Source: Alphaproteobacteria bacterium
GTDB taxonomy: Bacteria > Pseudomonadota > Alphaproteobacteria > UBA8317
Length of the DNA: 64,000 nucleotides
NCBI GenBank assembly: GCA_038131935.1
Contig: JAYPQH010000005.1
Coordinates: forward strand, 27,827 to 91,826
Direction: 5' to 3'
The position numbers and the translations under genes are program-made. The notes under the pieces were generated by a model. The model worked only from the letters and a program-made list of their open reading frames with translations, had not been told where the DNA came from and did not search any database. Shown in pieces: positions 21,497-33,063 of the stretch (its first letter is position 1; every line of letters begins with the position of its first letter).

Positions 21497-22492
21497 TTAA
21501 ATATGATTGACTGGATATGAAGGCGCTAAACCTTTGAGCACGCGGGCCACCTCATATGCGGCGGTTTCACGTGCCTGACGCAGTGACTGTTCTGAATAGT
21601 AGGCCGCATGAGGGGTGATCAAAACTTTGGGATGGGTAAATAAAGGATTGTCAGATGGTGACCATTGGGCTCGTTTTGCCGGTTCTTCCTCGGTGTCATC
21701 CAATGCAGCACCTGCGCATTGCCCACGACAAAGCGCATCATAGAGGGCTTTGTTGTCAACAGTTGGTCCTCTGCCAGTATTGATCAACAAAGCTCCGCTT
21801 TTCATGAGCGCAAATTCTTTATGCGAAAGAAAATGATGGGTTTCTTGATTCATTGGGGCCTGCATCAAGATGGCATCAGATTCTCTAAGCAATTGTTCCT
21901 TAGACACCAGGGTAACATCTTCTACCTGTCCATTAGAGGTTTTTAGATAGGGGTCATAGGCAATCAGACGCACGCCAAAGGGGCGAGCCCGCTTAGCAAT
22001 AGCGCGGCCAATTTTCCCAAATGAAACAATGCCCAATGTTTGACCTCGTATTCGTTGCAGAGGCTGTGCAGATTGCCATCTCCATATGCCCTGATGGGTC
22101 GCTTGGTCATAAGCTGAAACCCCACGTGCCAAATTCAGCCAAAGGGCTATGGCATGGTCAGCCACTTCATCGGTGCAATAATCTTGCACATTTGTGACTT
22201 GAATATTTTTGGCGGTCGCCGCATCCACAGCCACAATATCAACCCCCACACCATACCGCGCGATGACTTTGCATTGTTGCATGCGTTCAATGGTCTTCTC
22301 ACCAATTCTTGCATATTGATTGATCATCCCTGCACAAGTCGGCGCAACAGCTGCCAAATCATCTTCAGACTTCGCCTGAAGGGCCATGACCTGAATGCCC
22401 TCAGCGTTCAAAATATTGCGCTCAATATCAATGTCACCAAAATCATAATCTGTGATCACCACCATAGGCGCATCGTCGCGAAGAGAGGGCAT
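21497..22492 (-). CDS. D-isomer-specific 2-hydroxyacid dehydrogenase (CtBP-like)
   Basis: RYGVGVD, YCTDEVADH, FGKIG, INTGRG, EEP, ITPHAAYYS. Confidence 0.92.
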   Translation of the reverse strand: MPSLRDDAPMVVITDYDFGDIDIERNILNAEGIQVMALQAKSEDDLAAVAPTCAGMINQYARIGEKTIERMQQCKVIARYGVGVDIVAVDAATAKNIQVTNVQDYCTDEVADHAIALWLNLARGVSAYDQATHQGIWRWQSAQPLQRIRGQTLGIVSFGKIGRAIAKRARPFGVRLIAYDPYLKTSNGQVEDVTLVSKEQLLRESDAILMQAPMNQETHHFLSHKEFALMKSGALLINTGRGPTVDNKALYDALCRGQCAGAALDDTEEEPAKRAQWSPSDNPLFTHPKVLITPHAAYYSEQSLRQARETAAYEVARVLKGLAPSYPVNHI

Positions 22493-22730
22493 ATTACTCG
22501 TTATCCTTTAGAAATGATATGATTGGTGACATAACAAAGCGGTCTGAGACTGCTTTGTCCAGTATGCACATCAAAGATGTTCAAGGTTACCATATTTTGC
22601 GTAAAAACTGTAAGTTTATATTTACAAATACAGTGAAATTCGTCAAAATATCTTATTGCCAAGAAAATGTTTGCGTATTATGTCAGAAAAAAATGACATA
22701 ATAGGCTTTGTGAATGGATAGGGGAAAATC

Positions 22731-23037
22731 ATGTGGAAATGTATTGGGATCGTTTTGGTTTTGCTTTTTGCGATCATGTTAACGGCCACATCGTTGGTTT
22801 CTGCGTAACTTTTTTGACAAAGACAAAAAGACCTGCGTTGGTTTAAGTTTTTGGTGTTTGCCAAGACAGCTTTGTTGCGTTCTTTTTTGATCTTTTGCGC
22901 TTATGACGCCTCAAAGCATGGTTTCTGGAATCTGTGCAGCAAAAGATCAGGTGCCAGCTCGTTCTGCCTCTAATACATGCAGGAAGACGCATGGGGGATC
23001 ATATCGCGCTATCAGCCTCACGGTTGGTGAACCATGA
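22731..23037 (+). pseudogene. Interrupted small secreted Cys-containing ORF
   Basis: RBS AGGGG, signal peptide MWKCIGIVLVLLFAIMLTATSLVSA then TAA at 22806; Cys-containing fragments continue in shifting frames. Confidence 0.35.
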
Positions 23038-23093
23038 GGTTTTTTGAGTTTTAGACCTTTTGATATCTTCTAATGGGGCGTTAAGAGTTTTTT

Positions 23094-24724
23094 TTATCTG
23101 TGGTCTTCAAGGATCATATCTGCACCTTTTTCCGCGATCATGATGGTGGCGGCATTCGTGTTCGCAGAGACCATGCTTGGCATGATGGACGCATCCACAA
23201 TACGCAAATGTGGAATGTTTTTTGCCCTTAACCTTTGATCTACCACTGCCTTTTCATCCTGGCCCATACGGCATGTGCTGACCGCATGATAAACCGTGGC
23301 GCCACGTTCCCTCACATAATGAAGGATCTGGTTTTCATCATCAATTGCCGGGCCTGGTAAAGTTTCCCCATTTGAGAAGGCTTGAAGTTGTGGGCTGCTT
23401 AACAATGTTCGACACCATTTGACGCCATCTATCATGGCTTGTTGGTCTGTCGGGTCGCTCAGGTAATTGGGTTGGATAATGGGAGCATCTAAGCTGTTAG
23501 GCGTTGTCGCGCGCACAAAGCCTCTGCTTTCGGGGCGAAGCTGCCATACCCCGCATGTCATGCCTGGGGTCTTCTGAAGTTGTCCAATCATTCCATCTGA
23601 ATAGCTGGCAGGTGTGAACACAAATTGCAGATCTGGCTGTTCAAGATGTGGTTGAGAGCGTAAGAAGGTAGCGACATGCGCGGGGCTGAAAGCCAGAAGC
23701 CCTTTGCCCGTGGTTAACCATTTGATGATTTCCCACCCTAATCTTAATCCTTGGGCCCGTTCATTTAAGGTGATGGGTTGGCGGACTGCATGCACAACCC
23801 GAACGGCATAATGATCTTGAAGCCCAGCGCCAATGCCTGGGATGTCGCGTTTCACAGAAATTCCAGCGTCTTGTAACCAAGATCCTGGGCCAAAGCCTGA
23901 ACATTGAAGAATATGTGGGCTACCTATAGCGCCTGCTGACAAAATGATTTCACGCCGGGCCGTGATTGAAACTGTTTGTCCTGAACGATGCGCATGAACA
24001 GTACCATCATGTTCAGCATCTTTTGGGGTGATCTTGGACACATGGGTTTGGGTAAAAAGGGTTAAATTTTTACGCCCCAAGATAGGTTTCAAAAATGCAT
24101 GGTAAGCACTCCAGCGTCTGCCCTGTTTGATGGTGCGCTGATAATACCCAACCCCTTCTTGTTCTAAGCCGTTGTAATCAGGGTTTCTTGGGATACCTAG
24201 ATCCTCAGCGCCTTGGATGAACGCTTCGCAAAGGGGATGGCGTTCATGGATGTCAGAGACATGTAGAGGGCCCTCTGTTCCATGAAATGCATCATCTTCT
24301 CTCGCATCTGTGGAGGCCCGTTGTTCTGATTTTTGAAAGTAACCAAGGACATCATCATACGCCCAGCCTTGATTGCCCAATTGTGCCCAATGGTCATAAT
24401 CAGCGCGTTGGCCCCGAACATACAGATGTCCATTAATCGCACTTGATCCTCCCAAAAGCTTTCCCCTTGGGAACAGGATGCTGCGGTCATGCACATGAGG
24501 GGATGGTTCTGTCTTGAAACACCAATTGAATTTTGGATGGTCAATGGTTTTGATGAAACCAGCGGGCGCTTCGATGTAAGGATGATGGTCAACTTTTTTC
24601 CTGCCTCAATCAGCGCCACCTTATAACGACCGTCAGCTGTCAGCCTGTTGGCCAGGACACAACCCGCTGATCCAGCGCCGATAATGACAAAGTCAAAGTC
24701 ATGCCCGTCAGATATGGTTTCCAT
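23094..24724 (-). CDS. GMC family oxidoreductase (choline dehydrogenase-like), frameshift in homopolymer near 24595
   Basis: [66 protein letters not shown]. Confidence 0.92.
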
Positions 24725-24983
24725 GCTCTCTCCCCTCTAATCATCAATCATGATCTCATGAGCTCACGCACTTTTATGTTATCCATGAATATTCAAAATA
24801 TTAAAGAAGATATGCGATGACCATAGATGCATTGGTTTTCATGCGGCAACCAAAGATTGGAATAGAGATGACAGGTTAAGGAGAGCTTGAAAATGGTTAA
24901 AAGCCATTTTTATGCAGCAAAGAATTTTCTCAAGCCATTATACGATTATAGAATCTGCGGGTCTTCGTTGTGGGAAGTAAATA

Positions 24984-25394
24984 CTAGTCTATTTTGCAGT
25001 CATCTTTCGTTTTAAACAGAAGTACTTTTATTCCATTTTCAAGCCTATGATCGGTAACAACCTTGATCATTACATGTGGCTGTCATGCTCCTGATCCTTT
25101 GATCATGCGAAGCCTTTGAGCGCATTCAAATAATGCACTGCTTGAGGGGCGAAGAGACCCAATATGTAGAACAGAAGGGATCCCGTTTGGTGTTTGAGGG
25201 TTTTCAATTCTGTAGATGCTATGGCCTGGTATTTTGTCAATTTTGCTCACGTCACAGATCCGGAGGGTGCAGTTGCGGCATGGATTGCCAAATGAAAACG
25301 GATTGTGGTCATTTCCTTGGCATTGTCCAGAAGTCGTATGTTTTTGCGTTGTGGTTTGCGCACATGCAAAATCACCAATCGTCATGCCCAACAA
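24984..25394 (-). CDS. Hypothetical secreted protein, single six-Cys domain, in-frame TGA at 25083-25085 (5' end uncertain)
   Basis: Paralogous to the C-terminal half of 25660..26484; similarity continues past the TGA to TAG at 24984. Confidence 0.6.
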
Positions 25395-25606
25395 AAAGAC
25401 GAGAGATAGAGCTTTGAAAAAGGGAAGGAGTCGACCACGAATAAATGCTTTTTGTGATGGGTTATGCCAATTGCCTCTAACATTCGTGGCTTCCTATCTT
25501 GAAGAGTATCCTTTGTTGGGTAGATGCATATTTTTGCCTATGCTTGAACTTCATTTAAAACATAACTTGAATTTAGCATGTTGATGAGATGATGAGGTTG
25601 CGTATT

Positions 25607-25636
25607 AAAAAAATGGGCCGTAAAGGCCCAGTTTTT
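25607..25636 (-). terminator. Intrinsic terminator
   Basis: TGGGCC-gtaaa-GGCCCA flanked by A7 and T5 runs, just downstream of 25660..26484. Confidence 0.75.
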
Positions 25637-25659
25637 CATTTGGTTCCATGTGGTTTGGT

Positions 25660-26484
25660 TTAGTTCACCTTTGCACATGATGAGAACAAAAATGAGACGC
25701 GTCCGTCCTGGAAGCGGTATTCGCTCGCTTGAACAACCACATGTGGGCGTCCTTTGCCAGATCCCTTTATGCTCAGCAATTTCTGCTCACAATCTGTCAC
25801 ATTGGAAAGCGTCGCGTTGTACAATTCGATAAAAGGTGGTGTGCCCTTTGGGGTTTGTGGATTGTCAACCTTTCTGATGGCATTTTTGTTTGGCACCATG
25901 CTTATGTTGGTAAAATCACAAAACCGGATGGTGCAATTGCGGCATGGCTGCCCTGGGGTAAAAGCATTGGGATCATTTTCGTTACATTGACCCAAAACAG
26001 GCTTGCCTCCCTGGCCCACCACAAAGCCAGTGCCCTTGGGCTTTGCCATGTTGTCTTGGTTGTTACCCTTCATGAGAGGTCCACGCTCAACGCGTTGCCC
26101 AGCTTTGTTTGATGCCGCTTTGTCACCACTGCAGAGCAACTTCCAAACATTGTTTCCACCATTCTTTTTCTTGGCGGGCTTGAGTTGGCATTGGCCAGAA
26201 AGTTTATCGACTGTTGTTTTGGCGCCATTCTGGCAGAATAATGTTTTTTTAGGCCAGTAGAGCATGCGTTGGGTGCCCATAACGCTGTCTTCAAACTCGA
26301 CTTCATTGGCACCAACGGGTCTGGGGTTGGCAACCGACATAACGCCATTTGGGTTTTTAATGACGCATCCTTTGGCTTGCGCGCGTGCATGATCATTAAA
26401 TCCGACATTTGCACCCAATATAACAGCTAGACCAAATCCTATGACACATGCTCTTTTGTGGGCAATTTTCCAAAAATCTTTCAT
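25660..26484 (-). CDS. Hypothetical secreted two-domain Cys-rich protein
   Basis: RBS GGAGGGG, signal peptide ending ARA, four-Cys N-domain, linker, six-Cys C-domain; own terminator. Confidence 0.75.
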   Translation of the reverse strand: MKDFWKIAHKRACVIGFGLAVILGANVGFNDHARAQAKGCVIKNPNGVMSVANPRPVGANEVEFEDSVMGTQRMLYWPKKTLFCQNGAKTTVDKLSGQCQLKPAKKKNGGNNVWKLLCSGDKAASNKAGQRVERGPLMKGNNQDNMAKPKGTGFVVGQGGKPVLGQCNENDPNAFTPGQPCRNCTIRFCDFTNISMVPNKNAIRKVDNPQTPKGTPPFIELYNATLSNVTDCEQKLLSIKGSGKGRPHVVVQASEYRFQDGRVSFLFSSCAKVN

Positions 26485-26787
26485 GTTTTTCCCCTCCCTC
26501 TTTATGAGACTCCTTTTTTATTTTACGTCAAAAGTAAGGCTTCTTTTAGTTAAGCACCACTTTATTACATTTTATTATACCATATTTTGGATAAATAGTT
26601 TTTCGAAAAAATACATTTACCCACCAAATGTTTCATCGAAAATGTGCTTTTGGTTAATGTTGGCTTTTCAGTGAACGTAACCATTTAGGGTGGCATGCAA
26701 AGATGATGGGCGAGATTGCGCTTCACAATCACGCAAAAAAACCCTAGACCATTAACATCTTGTTGAGACGGATTTTTTGGGCTGACG

Positions 26788-29700
26788 ATGTATATGGATT
26801 GGGGAGTAAGTATGACGGTGATGTTTGCACGCAACTGGTCATCCTTAGGGGTCACGGTCATGGCGGCATGGTTAATGTCCTTTGCGATGATGTTCGCGCA
26901 AACATTACCTGCAGGCTTAAGTTTGCCTCCTGGAATGACCTTGGAAGATGCCAAAAAGTTGCAAGAACAATACCAGCGTACTGGTCGACTCCCAAATGCT
27001 GCAGCCAATACAGGAACATCGCCAACTTATAGTCCTGTTGTTCGTTCGCCTGCCAATCTTTTGGACGAACCAGCCAGCATATCTCCCACCGAAGAGGTTT
27101 CAGAACGCGACAAGCGAGTTCGCCGTCAGTCCATATTGGATATTGATGCACGCCGTGAAGATGTCACAAGTTCAGTTGTGCGTTATTACAGAAGTATGAC
27201 GGGCCAGGTGCTCCCCATTTTTGGGTTGCAAACCTTTCAGCAAGCCCCAGCAGAAGGTTTGACACTTTACAACACATTTGGTGATGACTACCGGCTCGCG
27301 CCTGGTGATGTTCTGGATTTGTCTATTCGTGGGATACGCAACCTCGATCAAATGGTCCGTGTGGACCGCCAGGGCTTTGTCAAATTGAGTGATTATCGCC
27401 CATTGCGTGCAAATGGGAAAACCTTGGCGATGTTTCGAGATGATGTTCGACGTTTGGCACAAACCTCGGATCGATCTGCTGATGTCTTTGTAGGTGTCGC
27501 TACAGCTCGGAATATTCCTGTAACCGTTACCGGTGAGGTTGCGCAGCCACAAACCATGGCATTGCCTGCTTATGCTCCACTCTCCTTGGTGTTGGGGTAT
27601 GTTGGTGGTGTCACAAACTCTGGAAGTTTGAGGCAAGTGGTGATGATGGATCGGCAAGGAAAGCGGGATAAGGTTGATCTTTACCAATATTTAGAAGGTG
27701 ACATCAATTTTACAGAGCCCGTGATCCAAGAAGGTGCGCGTATTCATATACCCCCCTTGGGTGGAACCGTCGCCGCATTTGGCTTTGTGCGCAGGCCGGC
27801 TATTTTTGAATTGTCACCCAATCAAGAAGAGATTGCGGTTAAGGATTTGTTAAGGCTCTCTGGTGCAGGATTTTTGCCACCAGGGGCAGTACTGGAGAGC
27901 TTGCGGCTTGATGAAAATGGCCAAGTGGTAGGTTCAGTGCTTTCTAATATTGAAGAGGCAACCTTACGCCAGGGTGAAGCGCTGCGTGTCAGTGTTATGG
28001 AAACCAGGGATGATCAACGTGTAAGCCTCAAGGGAGCTGTGTTGTCGGAGTTGTCTCTGCCATGGCGACAAGGTCTTGATATGGCGACAGCCCTTCGTGA
28101 TGGAGCCGCGCTTCGAAATGATGCCCAACGTCTTTTTGCCCTTCATATCTCCCGCACCCATGATGAAGGTGTGGCGGCAGTTAATCTTGATGATGCATTT
28201 GCCAACCCACAGCGTTACCCTCTCCATCCAGGTGATGAATTGGTTGTGTTCACCAAAACCCAATATTTTGAGCTGTTGGATGCGCCATTTGATGGCACCA
28301 AAGATATAGCCGTTGATTTGGTGCGTCGGGCACGGCCTGTGGAAATTTTCCTAGACGACAAACGCGTCGCTCTTCTCGCGCCACAAGATGGGATGTTTCG
28401 TGCGGATGCCTTAGGCTTTGGGGCCAATATCCCACGGACGGCCGTTCGAAACTTCATGTTGCATATTTCTGATCAATTTGCCTCCTCTGTTGAAGCGTTT
28501 GATGGGGATCAAGCCCTGGCTTATGGATCAATGAGTGACATAGGAACCGATGTTTTACAGGGTGATCGCATTCAGATATTTTCAGGCCAGCGTATGCAAG
28601 CGCTTTTGGGAACTGATTTTGATCGTGCGCGTGGGCCCATAGAAACATACATCCGCGATGCCCAGCCGATCTCGGTGCGTTTTGATGGCAAACGCATTGC
28701 CTTCGTGGCACCTGGTGACGGGGTGACTGTAGAAAAGGCATTACAAGGCGGGACATTCATTCCGTTGGATGCAGATAAAGATTTCGCAGTGATTTCAAAA
28801 GATGGGTTTGAGCATGAAAGCCAGGCAATTTCCTTGCGAGATCAAGCGCTTGAGGAAAATGAATGGAAGCTTGAGGCGGGTGACGAGATCAATATATTCT
28901 CTCGAGACCAACTTGCAGCAATATTGAAACAGGATAACGTTGTTCCACAAAACCGAAATGAGCGTTTGATTGCAGCCGTGATGCCTGCGGAAATTTTTCT
29001 TGACGAACAACGCGTAGCCTTGGTGCCCAGTGGAAGCATCGCGCCGATGTTACAAGTCGTGCAAGATATCCTCGACAGCCCACGAACCTATCCGGCCTAT
29101 ATTTTGGACACCCGACGAGACGAGGACGGCTTTGCTTTGAAGATAGAGGTGAACACAAAGCGAGGGTTTCGTCAAAAAATGATGTCCCGAAGACTGGTTC
29201 CTGGCCAGCGGTTGACTTTTTTCCACAAACTTTATCAGGGATCAATTTACCTTAGATGAGAAAGAAACCTCATCAAATGCCCTTGCGCCACTTCTTGCGA
29301 CATCAGCAAATGTAGAAAACGCTCCCAGGCAAAACCTCAACCAAGCAGAAGATGAGGCAACATTCCAAGCGCGCATTTTGGAAAAAACAGAAAATGTCCG
29401 GTCGCGCTCATCCAGTGATGCAGACGGGCCTAAAGAAATCTCTCAAGCCTTGCGGGCACAATTGTTGGCTGACGCGCGCATGATTGTAGGCGCGGTTGCC
29501 AATCCTGGCATCTATCCTGTCGCCTTACCCATCAGCCTAGATGATGCCATTGCTTTGGCAGGTGGGCTTCTTGACGGTGCGGACAAAAAGCGTGTGGCGT
29601 TAAGGCAATATGAAGATCCAGGTTCAGGCGTTTTTGCGCTTACATCTTACCAAGTCATGGATCTCACTTCTGGTGAACTGGGATCCACATCCTTGGGGGT

Positions 29701-30461
29701 ATTTTGATATCCAAGTACCACAGCGTGGAAATGATGCGAATATTGGTACGGTGACCCTGACTGGTGAAGTCCGCAAACCTGGACGTTACGTGGTGGCCCG
29801 CGGTGAAACGCTTGAGGATTTGCTGATCAGGGCTGGTGGTCTTACCGAGACGGCATTTCCATTCGGTGCGGTATTCACAAAGACGGCATTGGAGGAGCAG
29901 CAAAAAGAGGCCAATCAACGCACAGCCAACCGCGTAGAGAGCTCACTTCTTGACAGCAGTTTTCAAAATATGGACCGCACCCAAGAGATATCTGCAATTC
30001 AACGTTATGCAAATCTTTTGCGCACAGCCCAACCGACAGGCCGTCAGGTCATTGATCTTCTGTCTCAACAGGACACCGGTCGCATTCTTCTGGCAGATGG
30101 AGATACATTGTTTGTACCCCAAAGACCTTCATCAGTGACTGTCGCGGGTGAGGTGTTAAGTCCATCAACAGTCTTCTATCGCCCTGGGCAAGAGGTCTCA
30201 GATTATATCAACAATGCTGGTGGCTTCACAGCACTTGCGGACTCAGATCGGGTTTACATGGTGTTGCCCAATGGTGAAGCGAAAAAAGTTGATTTGGGTC
30301 GCTTCTCCTTTCGTGATCTGCCAGTGACTGCGGGAAGTATTATTTTTGTGCCACCTGATACAACCTCATTGTCTGGATTTGAGGTCACAGAATTGGTGGC
30401 AGGTCTTGTTTCCAATATTGCCAGCGCTGCGTTGGGTATTGGTGCTATTGTCAATCAGTGA
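26788..30461 (+). CDS. Large SLBB-domain polysaccharide export protein (Wza/KpsD/OtnA-like), frameshifts near 29220 and 29700
   Basis: Poly_export DYRLAPGDVL..VDRQG, SLBB motifs VTVTGEVAQP, GAVANPGIYP, VTLTGEVRKPGRY, VTVAGEVLSP..YINNAGG. Confidence 0.88.
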
Positions 30462-31975
30462 TGTTTGTAGGTTTAAGGTTATCTGACAAATCCAAGCTCT
30501 TTTGGCGTTTGGGTTGCTGGATATCCTTTGCTCTTAGCTTTGTGCTTCTTTTGGGTGGGCATGACATACATGCCCGCGCAACCGACCATTCGCAGTTGAA
30601 TTTCTGGCTCAAACAAGGTCATGTCATCCTTAAAAACAAAAATCAGTTAGCTATTGAGATGTTTGGTGACGAGGAAATCACCCCAGAAGTTTTAGCAAAT
30701 TTCAAAGGTGAGGGTGATTTTTTTGTTTTTCGTCACGAAGATCCACAGCCACAACTTTTGCATGTCGTTGGAGATCAGGCTTATTTCCAATTTTTTGCGC
30801 CACAATTGTTGATGGGTGCTGCCCGCACCTTGTTGCTGTTGCCCAAAGAGCATGACCATGATGTTACCAATATACCCTCCCACCCTTTGGGTCAGGACAG
30901 CTCTATAAATTTTATTTTTAGACAATGTGGCTTTGACCGTTATCATCTTGGAGCAAATCCTTGTGATGAAATGCCTGAAAGAATTTGGCGTAGAACTGAT
31001 CTCTTAACGTTGGTTCGAGACCATCAGCTGCGTGCAGAAACTTGGGAACAAGATCTGGTAATTGGTATAGCTGACCTTGCAAAGTTAGATGTAGAGCAGG
31101 TGCGCTCTTGGCGTCAGGGTCAAATGGTTTCTTTTGTTCATGATCATGGAGGTTTCATGCATGGACAATTGCGCTATGAGGCGCAAGCCATCCAGTCTGC
31201 ATGGGCATTTGGGGCATTTGAAGAACTCTATTATTTGGGTGACTATCAAACCGCCAAGATTGCATTTGAACCTCGCCCCTTTGATAGCTCATGGGTTTTG
31301 GGATGGAGGGATCAAGAAGGAGCCTATCTTAGCTGGCATGTTGGGGTGCCGTTAGAAGGTGCGTTTCGGCTTGAAACATCTTTGATGATGAAAGAGCAAG
31401 AGGATGTAAGGTTTCGGGAGCTTCGTGTGCAAAATGATTTTGTTTGGTCAGAGCGTGCGGTTCAGTGGGCAGTGGGGCTGCATGATCAAGACCGTTTTGG
31501 GACAAGTTTGATAGCGCTCATGACGCCAGAGGTCACGTCTTGGCAATGGGGATTGGCCTTAGATCTAGGTCTCGGGTTAAATACCCAAAATCCTTATGGC
31601 AAATTTGGGGCAACTGTTCGTCATGATCTGACGTCGAATATCCACGGCCTTTTGGGGGTGCAAGCGGGCTTTGATGACAATGACAATCTTTGGCAAACAA
31701 CATTTGAAGTTTCCAGGTCGTTTCCATCCTTGGGTGGGCAGGTTGGCTTGGGCGTTAAGGGTGATTGGGTGGAAGATGATTTGGAAGCTCTCATTCGTTG
31801 GACATGGAACCTACAAAAACCCGTCATGTCGTCCGTATCTGGGGCCTTAGGTTTGGAAGATCCACAAATGCGGCGGATGAGGCTATTGTTGGCGGAATGG
31901 CAAGGTAACAAAGAAGAAGCTTTGCGTTCTCAAGTCTATCAAGGTTGGCAACGCGCCCATCATTCTTCCAACTGA
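30458..31975 (+). CDS. Hypothetical exported protein, probable outer-membrane beta-barrel (YjbH/GfcD-like by position)
   Basis: Signal peptide; C-terminal half of alternating aromatic/Gly amphipathic strands; overlaps the SLBB gene stop. Family assignment is from context only. Confidence 0.5.
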   Translation: MMFVGLRLSDKSKLFWRLGCWISFALSFVLLLGGHDIHARATDHSQLNFWLKQGHVILKNKNQLAIEMFGDEEITPEVLANFKGEGDFFVFRHEDPQPQLLHVVGDQAYFQFFAPQLLMGAARTLLLLPKEHDHDVTNIPSHPLGQDSSINFIFRQCGFDRYHLGANPCDEMPERIWRRTDLLTLVRDHQLRAETWEQDLVIGIADLAKLDVEQVRSWRQGQMVSFVHDHGGFMHGQLRYEAQAIQSAWAFGAFEELYYLGDYQTAKIAFEPRPFDSSWVLGWRDQEGAYLSWHVGVPLEGAFRLETSLMMKEQEDVRFRELRVQNDFVWSERAVQWAVGLHDQDRFGTSLIALMTPEVTSWQWGLALDLGLGLNTQNPYGKFGATVRHDLTSNIHGLLGVQAGFDDNDNLWQTTFEVSRSFPSLGGQVGLGVKGDWVEDDLEALIRWTWNLQKPVMSSVSGALGLEDPQMRRMRLLLAEWQGNKEEALRSQVYQGWQRAHHSSN

Positions 31976-32127
31976 GGAAAACTTTCCTCAAATGATATGG
32001 GCATCAAAGGGGTTCGTTTTTTTTTGACCCATGATTACGTCTTCATGCGTCTCTTTACTTGAGTTGAGAAGTTGGTCATGAGATATGAAGTTTTTAAGAT
32101 TTGTAAGGTAAAAGGGGCTCTTGGCTT

Positions 32128-33063
32128 ATGGATGAACAAAGTGCAGCGTCATCACAAGCAGATGATGAAATTGACCTGAAAGAGCTGTTCTTGCATTTGT
32201 GGGAAGGCAAATTTTTGATTGCGCTTTGTGCCGTTGTCTCGATTTCCTTGGGGTCTCTTTATTTGCATAACGCGACCAGGCTTTACACCATGCAGGCGCT
32301 TGTGATGCCCGTTGCATCAGATTCAAAAGTGCCGCGTCTTGGTGGCTTATCTGATCTTGCTGGGCTTGCAGGTATCTCCATACCAACGGGGTCGTCTGGT
32401 GATTTTACAGCACTTCAAAAATTGTTGCATTCTGAAGAAATTGCCCAAAGATTGCTTGAAAAAACAGATTTGGCCAAGCGTATCTTCACATCTGAATGGG
32501 ATGAGCAAAAGGCAGGTTGGCAAGAACCTCAAAAGGGGGCGCTGGGATTGCTTCTAGGGCAGGTAAAACGCTCATTAACAGGTTCAGAGGTTATGGCATA
32601 CCGCGCCCCTGATGCCGCACGGTTGGCTGACTATTTAACAAAAACATTAAATGTTTCCTCAGATCGTGATAGCGGTTATCTGACCGTTTCTGTTGACCAT
32701 GAAGATCCACAATTGGGTATGGATATGATCAAATGGTCCATAGCTGAGGCAGATAGTGCCTTGCGTGAAACCTACCTTGCTGATTCGACAGAGATCATGG
32801 AATCTTACAGCCAGAAATTGGCAAGGGCACAGAGTGCAGAATTGCGTGAGGTTTTGGCACAGGTCATTGGTGAAGAGGAACGTAAGCAGATCCTTGCCCT
32901 TGAAGGAAGCCATTATACCGCCAGGATTTTGAGAGGCCCTACCGCTTCACTGAACCCCACATCTCCAAAATCTTCCCTCGTATTGGCACTCGCTCTTGTT
33001 TTGGGCTGTTTTTTAGGTGCTGCCATGGTGTTAATTCGCGCTGCATTTCGGCCAAAGGCTTGA
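32128..33063 (+). CDS. wzz: Wzz/FepE chain-length determinant
   Basis: DDEIDLKELF..LW, TM1, LGGLSDLAGLAGI, coiled coil, PTSPK + TM2 with GxxxG. Confidence 0.9.
   Translation: MDEQSAASSQADDEIDLKELFLHLWEGKFLIALCAVVSISLGSLYLHNATRLYTMQALVMPVASDSKVPRLGGLSDLAGLAGISIPTGSSGDFTALQKLLHSEEIAQRLLEKTDLAKRIFTSEWDEQKAGWQEPQKGALGLLLGQVKRSLTGSEVMAYRAPDAARLADYLTKTLNVSSDRDSGYLTVSVDHEDPQLGMDMIKWSIAEADSALRETYLADSTEIMESYSQKLARAQSAELREVLAQVIGEEERKQILALEGSHYTARILRGPTASLNPTSPKSSLVLALALVLGCFLGAAMVLIRAAFRPKA

Noticed and set aside
25083-25085. TGA as selenocysteine or genetic-code reassignment
   Set aside because: Aligns with Gly in the paralog, and TGA is a normal stop in many other genes here
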